Part shown: piece after piece, positions 1-15,400 of the stretch
How the letters are laid out: each line of letters starts with the position of its first letter
How positions within the stretch are numbered: the stretch's first letter is position 1
NCBI GenBank assembly: GCA_050084515.1
Contig: CM114271.1
Location: 24,986,001 to 25,050,000 of the forward strand
Length of the DNA: 64,000 nt
Source of the DNA: Blasia pusilla
Taxonomy: Eukaryota
Direction of reading: 5' to 3'
Made by a program: the position numbers and the translations under genes
The notes under the pieces: model-generated
Database searches by the model: none
What the model was told of the DNA's origin: nothing
Seen by the model: only the letters and a program-made list of their open reading frames with translations

Positions 1-2956
1 TCTTTCAATTCATGTTTTTTTCCTTTTTCAATATCAATGCCAATATATTTCACATTCTAATATGCTTTTTATTTTGACATCTATGTCACGAATCCAAAAA
101 GAAGTTATGGAGTACAAGAATGTTCACTTAAACGAGCCAGACCTCACCCGATAACAAGCTGCTATCCATTATTCTAGATTGACAGGTGGTATTAAGCCTG
201 ATCAATTTAAGGAGCTACGCATGATAATGAAACTACCAATCAGCATGTTGATAAATGTGTCAGCTCCAAAAGCCGCACATTTGCAGGAACGCATGAAGAT
301 CGCCAAAGAAGCTGGTACACTTGTTACTGAACCAGCAGATGGTGGTAGCATTTCTAACAGCTACTCAGACACACCAAGTTCTAGCCAAAATCTGTTACCG
401 ACACCACGATTCCAAGGTTCTTGGGTGTACAGCGACACAACACCCTACTAGGGACTGTTGCTGCCCGAGTCGCCGAACAAAAGGAAATATGTTTGATCAT
501 GGTAACTGACCTATCCTGCTTACGTGTAATAAGTGATTTTGTTTCATTCTAGCTTTATGACAACTCTTTCATGTACACTCTATTTCGTGATCTAATCCGG
601 CTTTCTGTGTTGATCTTGTATCAGGGAAACTCCATATTGCAATAGCATGACAAAACCACCATAGTGGCTACTACTACCGACTATATACTATGTTATATTT
701 GCTGCTAGACTTGTGTTTATTCAGCAAAGGGACGTTTCCCTACTCACACTAATCTAAACTTATCAGTTATGCTCTCTATATACACATAGTTACTTTTCGG
801 ATATTCAAACCATGGCTTATCACTGTCAACTGAGCTATTTTGCAACATATTATTCCAACTGTAACCGCTTTGATGCATCAATTTTTGTTCCCTTTGCATC
901 ATGTTTTTTTAATTAATATTTTCCTAATGCCATAATGTTTGTCGTCACTACATTATAGGTCTCATTATGTTCAATGATATTCGGGCATTCCCATTCCTGG
1001 ATTTAATGTTTGTTGTTGTATCTTTGATGTTATTTAGTATGTGCAATCTATGTCTCATTTTTCAGTCTCTACTTAGTAGCTTCTTCAGTACCTATACACT
1101 GTTGCATGTAGCTAGCAACTAGCAGCTTAGCAGATTGTATATAGCACATTTAATTAATGAAGACTCTTCTGCTACGTGCAAATGTATTGTAATTCATGTG
1201 GCAGGACGTCTCCTCATATCGTGGAAGTGATCCTTACCACACTCCTGGCTCATGGAAGGTTGCACCACGTAAAAGAAGAAGACAATGTTGTTCACCTAGC
1301 ATAGAGATTGAACTTCCAAAGATGGGAGATCCGACCTACTGCAGTGACACACAGTTCCAATTTCTTTGTTCGATGCAACGCTCACAAACATCAGCATAAT
1401 CCAAGACCGTCTTGATGAAAGTGAATATCAGAATGATATTCTATGCATAGTGATGGGATCAGTGGCTGAAGACAAGAACTTCAGTGTTGAGAAGGCCTTA
1501 TGTTTCTGACAATGAATCAAGGCTATTCTTGATGGCATAATTTCGCTTGAGACTCACTATATACAAAATTATAACCGCGATGTAGATTTTCATAAGCAGC
1601 TTCTGGAAATAGGTCTTCTGACCAAACACAGTGCAGTTCCTGAATAAGTATATCTCAAGTTAAGTTAAAAGCTAACCATCTTGGTTGTTTAAGGTGGAGC
1701 TATTGTTATTTCCATAAAGTAAAATTCCACGGAGCTTACATCTTGGCTTGCATTCAGTATTTCTCGCTATTTATTATCTGCAAGCTCTACTCTCTCATAG
1801 TTGGAATTTCTTTTCTTGCTTAACACTATCTATTCCCACGTCTTCTATTTTGTAAAGTTGGTGACCAGCTAACTCAGTCGCCATTAAAGGAGTGTTGGAA
1901 TTATGTCATCCATGCTGCAATTTTATTTTTAAATGTGAATTCCAGCAAGCATAGAACACATATTTGTATATGTCTTCTTTGTGTTCAGCTTACTTGCTAA
2001 AATAGTGCACCACACCTCCTCTGTGCTAAATTATATGTGCCCCTCTTATACCGCACATCACTCTAATACTTCATGGGCCATCACTTCTCGTCAGGATCAT
2101 CTAATCTTTAATACTTGCAGATTCTGTAGCACAAATTTCTACATCCAACAATTTTTTGAAATTGTCTAAATTGTACTTTATGTTTGTTGTTTGTTATCTG
2201 TTTCTATGTTGCATTTGGCTACAACATTTCTATGTGTTGAAAATTCAGCCTTATTAGTGCATAAAATCATTCATATGTACATCCATCCTTATTTAGGCAA
2301 CAAAGGCTGTTTGATCCCTACTTCACAACATAAAAGAATCCCAATTTCCTTTGCCACCCTCATAGGCAGTTTAAAGCCAAGCACTACCGGCTTGCTACTG
2401 GCCCTATGAATAAATAAACGGCAGCACCGTAATATGTTCACAGCGTATTCACAAAGAACATGATGGAACAATGTCAAAAATAATTTAACAGAACATATTA
2501 AACAATTTATCCACCCGTGACCTATAATGACGATAGTGATGCACCTCGTTTCATCCACTTTTACTATTATTTTGAGCATTCCGCTAGTTGCTCTACCTTT
2601 TTGCGGATTGTGCGCTTATTCATGATATTCAATTTCAACAAGTGCCATGGACTACTAATCTAGTCCGCGTGAGCCAGGGGCCGCATTCTTGTTATATCTA
2701 TTTAATTCTTGCAATTTAAATTAACTTTACCATGACACATCCATGATGGCTAGATTTTTAAATTTTAAAAAGATTAATCATATATCTTTTCAAAATTTCC
2801 AAATCTCCTTCATATTCATTAATTATTCGTGTATTCTACAAATATTTTTTTAAATCAAATTTTTGAATTTGGTGGGGAGGAAAATTTAACTTTCTATTTA
2901 AAAAAAAGAGTAGGTATGTTTTTATCCTCTAAATAGAGAGATAAAAATTTAAAAAA

Positions 2957-3145
2957 CAAAGTTGCACATAGACCGAGTCCATATCCGCGGACTCATGTTC
3001 GTCCCAAGAACAGACATGTCCATGTGGCCCTGAGTTTCCCTCATCCACACTCATACTCATCCCACCCCACATGCAACGTAGACTTGGATTCGGCCAATCC
3101 ACACCCCAATTCCAACGATTCGCCGCTCATTTTGTAACCCGCATC
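2957..3145. mobile_element. Degenerate hAT-type MITE end (CAAAGTTGCAC), related to the 41392, 53889 and 56629 elements
   Basis: Terminal motif followed by the gtcc/ggac/catgtcc subterminal motifs seen in the other copies. The right end and TSD are not resolved. Confidence 0.35.
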
Positions 3146-3790
3146 GAGCCCACTCTCCCATAATAATTTAGATGGTTTTGAACTAATTTTGAAACCAACC
3201 ATAATTTGATTCTCTCCTCATCTAAAGGGATTTAACCTTAAACATCCATACGGAATAAATATTACAAATTTCTCAATGAAAATAAATTATACTAGTGTGA
3301 AGAGCGAAAGCACTAATCATGTTGCACATCCTGCTGTCAGGGAAACAGGGGAAACATTTTCTTGTCACATGTCACGAATGAGGTGTTTGCAAATCAAAAA
3401 GGAGTTGAGTGCTTCTATCGTCCTTTTAAATTGAAGGAGAGGTGAATGGGCGCGAAGAGCGCAACCAATGGAATAGACGGAGAAGGTGAAGCACTCGAGA
3501 ACATGCACTCACACAATCTGTGTCGGAACGCTTCGATTGATTATCCCTTGAGCTTTCGTAGTTTTGCGGGTGCTGGCGCCTCTGAGGCCGAGTTTCTTTG
3601 AAGGGAAATTGAAGCAGATACACAGATCTCCCACGGCCTAACCGGCTCCAGATGCAATTACGGGTTGAAGCTGATAAGCCGATTTCCTCCCGAAAGATTT
3701 GGTTTGACGAGATGGCGTGGAGAGAGGAGGGAGGTGGAGAGGACGTGAGATGTTTCCTGCAGCAATGAGCACATTGGAATTGGAATCGGA

Positions 3791-5454
3791 ATGGAATTAG
3801 GGCGGATGGCAGACATGAATGTCGGGGGAAAAGAGGAAGTGGGAGGGAAGTCGAAGATGGGAGGGAAAGAGAGGCGGAAAGTGGAGTCCTTGGGATGGCT
3901 GACAGAATCGTCTGTGATGCCTAAAAAGCAACGGGCGATTGGTGGTGTTGGCGCGTCTTCCATCGTGGAGTTACGAGCAGAACTTTACAGGACGCAGGAA
4001 GATGTCCGGAAGGCCAAGGAAGGGGGCGTGGATCTCGACGCACAGAGGTCACGAAAGAAGTTTGGAGTGCCTGACAAATTCTCACTGAAGAATGCGGGAA
4101 TTGAAGAGAGAGCTGCAAAGTGAGACTCGCATTTTTCTGTAATAGATGGTCGTTTTGGTTTTGCAGTGAGACTACTTGCTATTCTGATGTCGAGAATTGT
4201 TGTTTATTTTGACAATATTGCTACTCGTTCGGCGTAGGGTTAGCACGAGTCGAAATTGACTGCTGATTATGACTGATGTGCTGTTCTTTCCTTCTTCTTT
4301 TTTCACGTGATGAATCGTTTTTTTGTTGGGATCCATTTTTCGTGACGGGCTGCCTCTGTTACTTAGTATGGGACGACAGTTGTGCACGATAGAAATTTGC
4401 ATCGGGAAATTCTCTTGAACAATTTCGTCTGAGGTTCGCTGAAAGTCTAGGCTCAAGGACTAGTCTATGCAGACTTTAAAAGGATGTTTCTGGTTGAGCT
4501 TTTGTTGTTCGTGCTCAACCTGAAATGTATGTGATCGGATCCGCCTATTCTCGACTAGGGCTCAGAATCTCATTTCGAATTCTTTGTTTTTGTAGAGACA
4601 AGCTGCACTTGAAAGCCGAAAATGATGGTTCAGCAAGCTATGCTGCTCTTGAGAAGAAGGCTGAGCTCTACGAGAAGCTAGTAAAGGGAGACGTTCCAGA
4701 CGACGAAGCAGAAAAGTATAGCGTGGATTTTCTCAGGAAAGGGTTTCTGGATGATGAGTACCAAGAAATGGAACGCGAAAGAAGGGGAGAACCATCGACA
4801 CCCACTCGTGATGCACAAGACAACAGCACAGGCCCGTCAGGCTCTCAAAGAAACAATTCCAGCATGGGTTGGACACGGGATGGTGCCAGGGGACTCAGTC
4901 AAGAGCACAAGCAGATAATCAGGTATAATCACTCTCCAACCATTTTTGTACCGTCATCTGAAATCAGGAAGCAAAAGAATCCATACGATCTCTGGCCAGG
5001 GTTGGTTATGAGGTAGTATTCATGTTTGTTGGTCAGATGAAGATTATTTGCCCTGCAACGCTACCTGAGAAATCGCATGTTCAAGAGTAAAGTAATTGCA
5101 CCACTTACTGTTCTCATCAAGAAGAACGAGGCCATGATTTTACTGGTGAAGTACCTACTAAGAGCTTCACTGCACACCAAGAATTTGTCTTGCTTATGGA
5201 ATACCTATCTGGCATGACACTTCAGGGAAGTCAATGAGGAGACAAAGAATGCAAGGGAGAGGACATCCAATTTGAAGCAGCAACGGCAAATGCAAGCTGC
5301 CAAGAAACGAGAACAATTACGACATGCCTATCTAAAACGCCAGGTCGAGAAGCTGAAGGCAGCTGCTCAACAAGTAGATCAGGAGAAAGCATCTGGAGAT
5401 GTGTCTTCTTCGGGTGCTGCAATCACCAAAACTCTGGCAGTCGAGAACTCCTAA
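3791..5454 (+). CDS. CCDC174/DUF4078-like coiled-coil protein (Arabidopsis At4g18257-like), 3 exons: 3791-4119, 4596-4922, 5226-5454
   Basis: GT-AG introns join in frame: ...KVESLGWLTESSVMPKKQRAIGGVGASSIVELRAELY...ERAAK|DKLHLKAENDGSASYAALEKKAELYEKL...EHKQIIR|EVNEETKNARERT...REQLRHAYLKRQ. The start could be the ATG at 3791 or a slightly downstream ATG. Confidence 0.85.
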
Positions 5455-6710
5455 CAACAGCAACATTTGGGAGCGGTCCTCTTCTCTAAAATGTATTTTA
5501 CAAATTTTCGGAGTATCTTTGGAAGAACCATTAGTCCCACCAGAAGGTTAGCTCCTGAAACTATCTGGAAATCCTGTAGTCGTCGGTATAATGACTGTCG
5601 ACCATGTATGAGTTATCGAGTAAGAACGGGTCCAAATTATGCTGTGGCTGCCAAAAGCATTACTTAAAGAAAAGGGAGTTGTAGGTTGTTAAAATGGAAG
5701 GTATCCATCAATGCCTTCTAAAGTGTATGATATTGTGAGAATCAATGGAATTGGGCTGCACTGTACTTCTGCGAAGGAGGACCCTGAGGTGTCGGTTCTT
5801 AGGCATGGTAGTCTTGTCCATTTCGTGGTAATTGTTCTGATCCCAAAAGTCCAAATGCCAGTCACAACAGAAGAATTGTTAAGACTCTTAGGCGCCACAG
5901 GGCTGGCAACTATACGTTCAACACACTGCTAGAGCTCAGCTATAGGCCTATCTGGCCAACAGATTATCAAGACACGTCTAAGCTTTGGGTGTGATTCTGA
6001 GGTCGGGGAAAGAAAAGTTTGCTCTACACAGTCCCAGATTTTTCCCAGTAGGTTTCCCATCTAGACCGTCAAAACCATTAGTCTTTCCTCTTTAGTTAAT
6101 GTTTGGTATAAAAGTGTGATATTCATGCCCTCTTTATGAGATCTGGTCATTTGTTGTGATATTTCGGTCAATCCCATGAGTATGCTTATGCAAGAACCAA
6201 AGTGAATCATTGGTACGCTTGTTCACCAGCTGCCATTAAATGGGTTTGTGGGTATCCTCAAACAACTCCAGGAAGTGCATCACTCAATACCTTGGTCATA
6301 TACATTTAATCCTCTTCTCATCTCCAATGTAAAGATCTAGATAACTCCTCTGACAATTGAAGTAATGACAAGGCAGTACACTCTTGGTTTCGACAATTGG
6401 GTAGATTCATTGAACATCAGCACCTTCCGGTCTAATTAGAGGTCGACACCCAATATTCAATGTTCAGCTTCAAAATCTTGTGCTCCAATTCCATTTACTT
6501 CCACCCTCCATCAAGGTGGTAGGTCTGCAACAAAATGCACTTGTATTTTGAAAGTAATGCATATGCAAGTATTGAGAGAGTTTCTCTCCAAAAATAACTT
6601 GAACTACTTGTAATTTCAGCTCCTGAAGAAGACCGGACAACAACTCAATACACTATTCAGACGTGTGGTCACTTACAAGGTCCTATTAAGCTACCAAAAA
6701 TAAATGCAAC

Positions 6711-9700
6711 TTAACCGACAATTCCATGGGGCAGCATAGCTGCTGCTACTTGTCTACCCTCTTCATTCAGTATATTGAAAGTTGAGGCTGCATTTCTCTG
6801 CACATAATTCATACACAAATTCCAAATTAAAATCCCGAAATTCTCTGTCATGATTGCCACACGTGCGAATGCTGGAAGGTGGTCAACAAGGAACACCTTC
6901 TAGGGATTGTTTACCATCACTACAATGGAACCAGGTAAGAAAAAGTAAATGCTTGCAAAAACTATCATTCCGAAGGTGTCCACGAGAATCTGCGCAACTA
7001 CACAGCATGAACATTTCCAAGAAACTTCTGGGACTAGATGTATGTGCTGATCAAACACGGACACGATGAATTTACCGTGTCAATGACTTCCAGTTTTATG
7101 CCATTGGATCTCAAATATGCTCGCGCATTCGGGTTTATCTGTCCAATCGTCTTACCACAACCCATCACCAGTATTTCTGTTATAATTAAAAGAAACGAGA
7201 CAGTTATTATATGGCAAGCCTGGGCCAGACAACATTGACATCGTTACTTCCAGATGCAAGATTGAGATGATTACCAGGAGCAGGCCGCAAAAGCTGGAAG
7301 ATGGCTAAACTGCACGAAGGTGTAAATGTTAGTCCAATCAACGGGGGATGTTGGGGCCAAACGAACATTGCTTCAGGACATGCACCCAACATCGAAGACT
7401 TGAAACCTGAGAAGCATGATAAAGTAGAGTTGGAACCCTCCTTGAGTCTTGTTTTAAGACAAAAATCCAGCCTGAAGTCAGGAAGTGCAATTAAAAATTA
7501 TTGGGCCATATAGTCAGCTACTCTCCCCAAACCTTTAAGTGATAGTAATATTCGCAATTTATTCAGTCAACGCCTTCTACTTCAAATGAAGGGAAATCCC
7601 CAACCGTACCTCTCTGGAGTAATCTCCGCAAGTGTTTTTGGGGTCCACGTAAATGCCAACTTGCCAAGACAAATAAGCGAACCTTCATACTTCACACCAT
7701 TTGCAGTAAACCCTGTATCGTCATACCTGCCGAACTCCAGCCAGCATGAGAAGTGTAAACTAACCCGCATCAGCCCAGTACATTTAATGATTCCAGGGAT
7801 CTTATCACAATCATGTGTTGGCATAGGACATAAATCACATCCCTGTGTACATACAGGCTTTCATCAAATCACATTTAAAGAGTGAACTTTGCACTCGTGT
7901 AAATGTCATTTTCTAATCTTTAGCTTTTTGGGAAATATAATCAGAAAACGGATCTATTGGAAACAAGACTTTACAAAAGGGCTTGGAATATGAGTAAAAT
8001 CCATCTAACTGTAAGAAAACCACTAAGTGGCTTTCATGATCAACTCTTGCACTATTTAATGCTGCGAATGAAAGAGTGCCAAATATTTAAAGTATTTCGT
8101 CCTAACAGACCGATATAGCTATTCTAATACCAGAGTTGCTTTTAGCCTTCATGGATTAACTTCTTGTTTCCTATTCACTTACAGCCTCTATGAAGCTTGA
8201 AGAGAACAGTAAAAGTAAATCCAGGATCATTTCAACATCTCAGCACCACTCATAAAGATCTTGAGAGTAACTAAGAGGGACCTTGTGTCCAAAGAATCTT
8301 GATGGAGTTCTCAGTTTAAACTACTCTAAACTCATGATGAATTTTGATGCACACGTTTGAAAACAAGTTTCACTATACCATGACAGGTGCTGTGTCAAAA
8401 ATCTTCTCTTGTCTGAGTCAGGAACTGTCAGTGAATTGAAATTCAGTTCAAGATGTGAGAACTGCTAGATAGGATGCTACAGCTGGGACTGAGATTGGGT
8501 ACCACTATCATCTCCAAGATTATCCCGGTTAGAACGTAGAAGGTAGGACAAACGGAAATCCCTATGATGCTCAACTGCACAAAAGGAAGTCGTTGGAAAT
8601 ACTATTCATTAAACCATGATAAGATACGAGCTGCAATCTCGTCTCTTTCCCAACATTATCAGGAAAAACCTTTCCTGACAAAACATGCCAACCTATCAAT
8701 TCGTTTCAATGGACACCATGAATCAATAGGAACCCAGTACTTAATTCCTCCATCCATAAACTTTTCATAGATTAGACGAGCAGTTTCCACCAGGAAACTG
8801 GCAGCTCTCCGAGCAAAGACTCTATCCCTCGACTCACATCCATCTCTTATCGGGCTCCGCCAGAGTACAGAATCGTTGGTGGAGAGTTAGTAGTTATTAC
8901 TAAGCAAATGAGGACAGATAATATGCTCTTTGAGAGGCGATGATTCGAGTTGAAATGTATCCATCCTAAAATTATCGACTTTATATATGCAGCAAAGCTT
9001 GAATCACCCACTTTTGATGATATCCGCTATCCCTTAACAAGAGCTCGAGTTTCGAATGGCTGGACTGCAAAACATAAATAGGAGCTGTAGTCTATATATT
9101 GATTAGTAAACCACAATTCTTTAGTCTGACCTCCTTTGTCTGCGAGAACAACAGGGACCAGTGAAGGTGCTTCCTCCAAAACGCTTCTTGTTCATCAGTT
9201 TATCCACCAGAAGTTCATGCACTTTCCTGTTTGTAATTCTGTTGGAATTTTTTTAGTTACTCATTATTCACATGAGTACGCATACAAATTCCAACGTAAT
9301 TGACAGTGATTGACATATCATACCCCTCAATGCGCACACGGTCCTCAGCTGCTCCGGCGAAGACATCAAAGTCTTCGTAGATGCTGTATGATCTCCTGGA
9401 TACATCGGAACAAGATGATCAAACAGAAGAATCTCCTATAAGCTACCAACATTCACGCCTCTACATTCAAAACCTCCAATTGGTGATGTATTACCCATAT
9501 ATAATTCACAAGCTCTTGTACTCATGACACCACTTTGGCTGATTAGTTATTCGGATAATTCAGCAGCCCGGTCATACTCCATGTAAGCAATTATAGTTGA
9601 TGAAAAAGAATCGCTTGTGGTGGTGACTATCTAGATTTTAGAACTCCAATCTCCATGAATAATGCACGGAGCGATTCTTCGATAGGATCGAGTAAATGGC

Positions 9701-10551
9701 CGATTAATCACCGGGAAAATCAGGGAAACGTGTAGTAGATAGCTCCAGCGGTGGGTATTCAAGCAAGGTGACGATGTGCCGAGCGGCAGCTCTGTTAAAC
9801 GCAGGTGACGTTTAACAGAGCTACACGTATTGGTTGAGTGGTGCAGGGAATTCTGGAGATCGAGAGAATTTTCGAATTCAGGGAAAGCAGGCAAAGGTAA
9901 AACCAGATCTAAGAGCGTCTCGGCTACATGGAGCAATGAGATGGTGTCATCAAGAGTCGGCCATACTCGTACAAGATGACGAAATCACAACTAACGTGTA
10001 TGCGCATCTACTGTGCAATTCTTCCCTTGTCAAGAAAGTACTCAACAATTCTAACTCAAGGATTTCGTCCCATTTGAGCTTCCCTCTGGTTACTTTCTGG
10101 TACTGCCTCCTAATCCGATCGTATTCTCGTCCTTCTCTTTCCTTGGCCGCTGGTATTTTTTGGACCACCAAACTGATTGATGGAATGATTCATCCTTACA
10201 TTGCTTCAAGATGAAAGAAAGGGTTCCTAAAAGGAAATCTGGACCGTCGCAAAGCGCTCACAGGTGAGCGTGTCCGATTCATGGCAGTCACGAATAACCA
10301 GACATTGACATACAAGCTCACTCAAAGCCTAGGCCTGTCACACCCGTACCTCAGCAAGAGCAGACGTGGATGCGAGGAAATCGAGCGATCCAACAGAGGG
10401 CCGGACTCGGAAGCAACTGACAGCGTAGGAGAAGGATTCACAAGTATGAAAACGCTTGGATACCAGCAGGCGTGTGCGTGCCGATAGCTCACCTCTGGGC
10501 CGATGCACTTGAAAGCGCGCGCCGCACTAGAGCTCCGCCAACTCGCGCCAT
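6711..10551 (-). CDS. NDUFAF3: NDUFAF3-like mitochondrial complex I assembly factor (Mth938/DUF498 domain); exons 10551-10493 (probable), 9395-9324, 7726-7610, 7309-7275, 7176-7076, 6797-6711; about 156 aa
   Basis: Phase-compatible GT-AG exons give MARVGGALVRRALSSASAQR|RSYSIYEDF...RIEG|YDDTGFTANGVKYEGSLICLG...EITPES|LAIFQLLRPAPE|ILVMGCG...GIKLEVIDT|RNAASTFNILNEEGRQVAAAMLP*, with recognisable Mth938 motifs and an Arg/Ser-rich presequence-like N-terminus. The first exon is less certain. Confidence 0.85.
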
Positions 10552-12462
10552 GCATGCACGCTCACCACCTTCTCAGTATGAGTTGGCAGAAGCCCTGGTA
10601 GTGTAATCGGATGAACCGACCAAAACGTCCGTCATGTGATCCGGCTTCCAAGATACACAAACTTCACTCCTCTCTTCTTTCAAAGCTTACAATTGGTTGC
10701 TAGTGCAGGCATATCAAGCCTAGCTTTCCGCTCAGTGCGACCGTTTGAAATGAGTGTACTGGGGAACACCAGCCTCATTCGTATTACGTCGGATCTCTGA
10801 GAGTTAGAACGCTTAGCGCACCTTTCTCGATATTACACCAGACATAGGTTTCTTCGGGATTATGTATGAAAAGGACGTTTTAGACGTCTTTCATGTCGCG
10901 AATGGATGACCGTAATGATTGATCATGAGGACGCTTCACCATAGTGGGATCACTTCGGAAGGATTCAGAATACGGGCTCGCTGTTAACACTCAGTAATCC
11001 ATCTTAAAACTTGGTACTTCCCATTCAATCAGAAAATAGGAACTTGCGTCACGTCATTGGTTGCACGTATGGCAGAAAGTCTTGTACCTTACCAGTTTAA
11101 TCCACCATCATCAATCTTTCGATAATACCCCCACAAAACCGTATCTTCGATGTACATACGAAACTTCAACCATCTTCTCGCGGAGAATGACTCAATAGTA
11201 ACGTGTTCTTCAAAAAATTGGAGATTCAGTACTCCGACGCTTGAAGCCATCTTCACCTAGGTTTGATCACCAGACCTGACCCCCATGGGAGATGCTTTCC
11301 AAATTAATGAAATGATACTATTGCATCTTCCCTCGCGGGATGAACCAACACATAACCGACTATTTCCAAAAGCAAAAATGTTTCTGCTTGGCGCATACTT
11401 CGTGGCATCTGTAGGCTATTGGTTTACAGTTCTACTCGTTACCCATACAATGATCACCAGAAGTAATCTGGAGAGATGCTTTCCAAATTGGTGAATGGAT
11501 ACTATTGCATCTTCCCTAGCAGACCTCTCAGAAAATCTGCTAGATTTTTAAGTCAAGTGCATTGGCGTGTACCTCATGAATTTCTAAAGCAAGTGGAAAA
11601 CTAGTATCACAAGTGAATCAAAAGGAAACATAACAATTACCTTCAATGGGTGTATATAAATCCGACTTCCAAACATGGTGGACGTAAATGAATTCCTAAC
11701 ATGCCGAATTAGGGGAACTAGATCCCCAGACATTTTGGCGAATGCAATGCACAGAGGCAGATTACTTTCCACATGGACTTTACACAGTTCATGGATCCAT
11801 ATCCAATCGTTTAATTCCTTTAGTTCGTACCATATTTACCAGGTGACAGTCGTTTACATGACAGTCTAATTCTCGACATTTCCCAATTTTCGCTTCAAGT
11901 GTAAAAGTCGAGCCATCTCTCTTATGCTCTTAGCAATTATTCTCACCCTAGATTCTACAAGACGCTCAAGTTACTTAATCCGGAGATCCTGTGAAGACGT
12001 CGACACTTCTGCCGATAGTGGGCTTGATATACCACTTTTGCTTCAGCAGGAATTCACCAATCCGACAGGTGTTACGGATGCCTGTGGGGTAATCTTCAAC
12101 GAAAGAATGTTGAAGAAATGTTCACTTCTTCCACATGACACATGCTTTAAATCATCAGGCAAATATGAGTTTTCCAATCCATGAGAAGGATGTACGTCTA
12201 TTAAAAAAATCACTCGCCAGATTTTTAGGGAAAGATACGCTCGTCGTTGAAAGATAACATTAACTTGACAACATTTACAGGGCTCTTACATTATCAGACT
12301 AGCATAGAGATGCATGTGGAAACCTGGGAACAGTCACGGGCTTACATGTCCAGTATGTCCAGGCAGCGATGGTTTTTACAAGCCTACATTTCACACCCAA
12401 ATTTCTAACAAAACTCCGGAGGAGAATCCCCAACCACTCCCAACCACTGCTGCAATGATTTT

Positions 12463-15400
12463 CTACTCAAGATAGTCAAGATCTTCCGTAATGCCAGCCT
12501 GCCACCCATAACACGTAAGAAATCAACTCCCCTTCATGAGTCCCTTAACATGAAATATCTACCACTGATCGAAACCGAAGATCCATACAAACCATACACT
12601 ATGGACTGTCACCCCTATTTTATAATCCATTTCTTACCCTCCATTAAATATGAATCATGTTTCGTCTATCCCAGTTGCCTTCGTCAAACATAGCATCCTA
12701 TTTGTAATACCTCGGCTGCCCAAAGTCCACACTCGTGCCGAGGACTCACTTTTATCACACTCAGCCAACTCCTCATCTTCTGAAACACCGGGTACTAATA
12801 GAAGAGCTTCTAACTGCAGCCGGAGTAATTCATCACATTCTTGATAAACAAATTCATGGAAAATAATAGAACTTTACCTCAGAGTAAGCTTGCTCAAGGC
12901 TTTCCTTTGCTTCAGGGAAAGTATTCGAACACCACTGCTGCAGTGCAAATATGTTGTCTGGAAAAACAATTTTTCTTTAGAATAGTCCATTCATTACTTG
13001 CGACCAAAAATCCGGCTGTAAGTGCATGCATGAGTTCTGCAGATATCTTCTAAAATTCTGTTGGAAAGAGCAAGCAAACCTGTCCACCGATTGGCAGCTT
13101 TGTGTGCAACCTCAGTTGCATGGCCTGCATAGAACCCAGTCATAAGAAGCCAGATTGCTCCATTAGGCACATCATTTGTCTGTTCTACTTTGACTAGTTG
13201 CTAGGTCTAGTTATCAAGACACCTAATACTGCCCTCGCATGACTAGAGTCTAACTTGACCAGCAAACAACCAGTCAACTAGCTAACACAAGATCTCGCTG
13301 TCAACACCTATTATTTACAACCTTGAAGGTCCAATGATTTAAGTTTGGGTAGCCATTCCATGAAAGCATCCTCTCTGAGTTTTTAGTGCACTCTTAGCAA
13401 AGATACTGCACCCAAAGGCAAACAGAACTTACTCAAAGCTTCAAAAACTGCAGGGTCACTTTGCGCATAGAGATCAAGTTCGTCCTGCAAGGGTCCACTA
13501 TTAAGTTACCTGATGCCCAGGAGAGTATGATCTTCATTTTTAATGTACGTGTCCTTGAAGTTCTCAACCAGACATGCTTAAATACGTGTGTACTTGTCAA
13601 GTCTTCACACTAGGGCAGCGTATAAAATAGGAGCATCAAACGCTCACTAACACCTGAGTTGAGATAGCATAGCTAGAAGGGAGAAATTACAAGATTGGCC
13701 AAATTAAGTAGCACAATGGAGAACAAATTCTCAAGCTACTGTGAACCAACCTTAACAGCCTTGTGTTTTTTCTGCAGCTCATGTAAGGCGATTAACGCAT
13801 TCTCTCTCTCAGCCTGCAGACACGACACATCCTGATTCAATATACAGAAACAACTATATCCATAGCATCTCTAATTAATGAAGAGCCTGTCAGCCGACTG
13901 CTGGGCAGAGAGAGAACCATTCTTAGTAAGAGATGGCTACAGCCCTGTATCCTCGTATCATGATGAATCTGACAGAGGTAAAGGAGGAGAGATGAACCGA
14001 CGGAAAGAAATTGCAAATGTAATACAGAACTAGAACCTTGACCTCCATAGAAAGGCTTCAGTATCAGTCCCCATTCATTTAAATTAGTATGTGCAGAGAA
14101 AACTTTCCAACTCAGGACCTAGAATCAAAACTTATGGCTGAAGTACCACTTTATTCATTCCTGCCTGGGAGGAACGTTTTGGTCTTCGGAACACTAGTCC
14201 TGGAAGTAAGAGTAGTGACTCACAGAATCCTCTCTCCCCTTCTTTGCAAGCTCCCGTTGTTGTTGTAGGTCTGCCTGTCGCTTCTTCGCGGCCTCCAGTT
14301 CTGCTTCCAATTTAATCCGCACATGCTTCAACTGATTCATTTCCAAAGAAAAACATCTAATCTTGGTGAATTGTAACAAATTTGAATTTTTTTTGTGAAA
14401 ATAAGTCTAATAAACAATTGAAGTAAACCTTGGAAGAACTGGTTGACATTCCTCCCCATCCCACGCATGTAGAAAAGATTCCAGCTCCACAGGACAAATT
14501 CTAGTGACAAAAGTGGACAAAGAAAATTCTGAGAGCTGAAATTGGGAAAAAAAGTTGCCATGATAGAAAAACAGAGAAAATTCTGGCAGTGGAAAGTGGA
14601 AAGAATATCTTGGAAAACTCAGCCGAAAGAAAAGAAACAAAATTAATTTTAGCAATACAAAAAAGACACGTGGCACTGGGACAAAATTTTAACAGTACAG
14701 AAATGCGCATAATAGTATAGATACAGGAGCAAGTGTTAGCTACCATACAAGATAAGGCGCTCCACAAATGGAAAATGGAAAATGGAGCCTTAAAATCATA
14801 TTAGGTTACCCTTAGCAAGGTTACGTTAGTTGCAAACCTCTAGGTGAAGCTCTGTGAGACTGACAACTGTCTCTCATAGACTCTCCTAGTTGAACCTTGC
14901 TGTCAGCGAAAGACTTCGATGAGGGCTACCTAATGTGTACCTGATTCCCAGCTTGGCTTGATAAACTCCAAAAATACACCTATCCTCGCAGATAATGACC
15001 ATTACGTGACATATTAGTGGCACAACAGATTTGGAATCAATGAATTACAAAAGATACAGGTGAAATTAGCTGTTTAGGTTACTAGAATCCATTTCTTTCA
15101 AGTGCGAGGTAGGCATGTAGTTACATACAGAGGTTCCAATCTTATCCTTGAAAACAAGATCGTCGTCCACCAGACTTTGAACCACATCCTTGACGGACTG
15201 GCTGATGACACCCTTCTTGGGACCGAGCTTTTCAAGTTCCTTTAGCTGCAATGGAAAATGATGTCAACACTCGACAAATTAGGCCACAATTAACCATCGG
15301 TTTCACAGGACAGCTCTTCCAACTAAAAGTAACGGCTCTTCAAAGTGCCACTATGTAAGCCATTTGGAAATCCAAAATGACCAACAAAGGCCTCTACAGA

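Noticed and set aside
107-1660. Protein-like stretches at 107-451 and 1196-1650
   Set aside because: Interrupted by stops and frameshifts, with no recognisable domain or convincing splice chain; possibly a decayed gene or TE.
9131-9226. 96-nt frame-preserving AG/GT-bounded segment inside the NDUFAF3-like gene
   Set aside because: It would insert non-homologous residues into the conserved domain; no transcript evidence.
9950-10171. 73-aa ORF in the first intron of the NDUFAF3-like gene
   Set aside because: No motif; consistent with a chance ORF.
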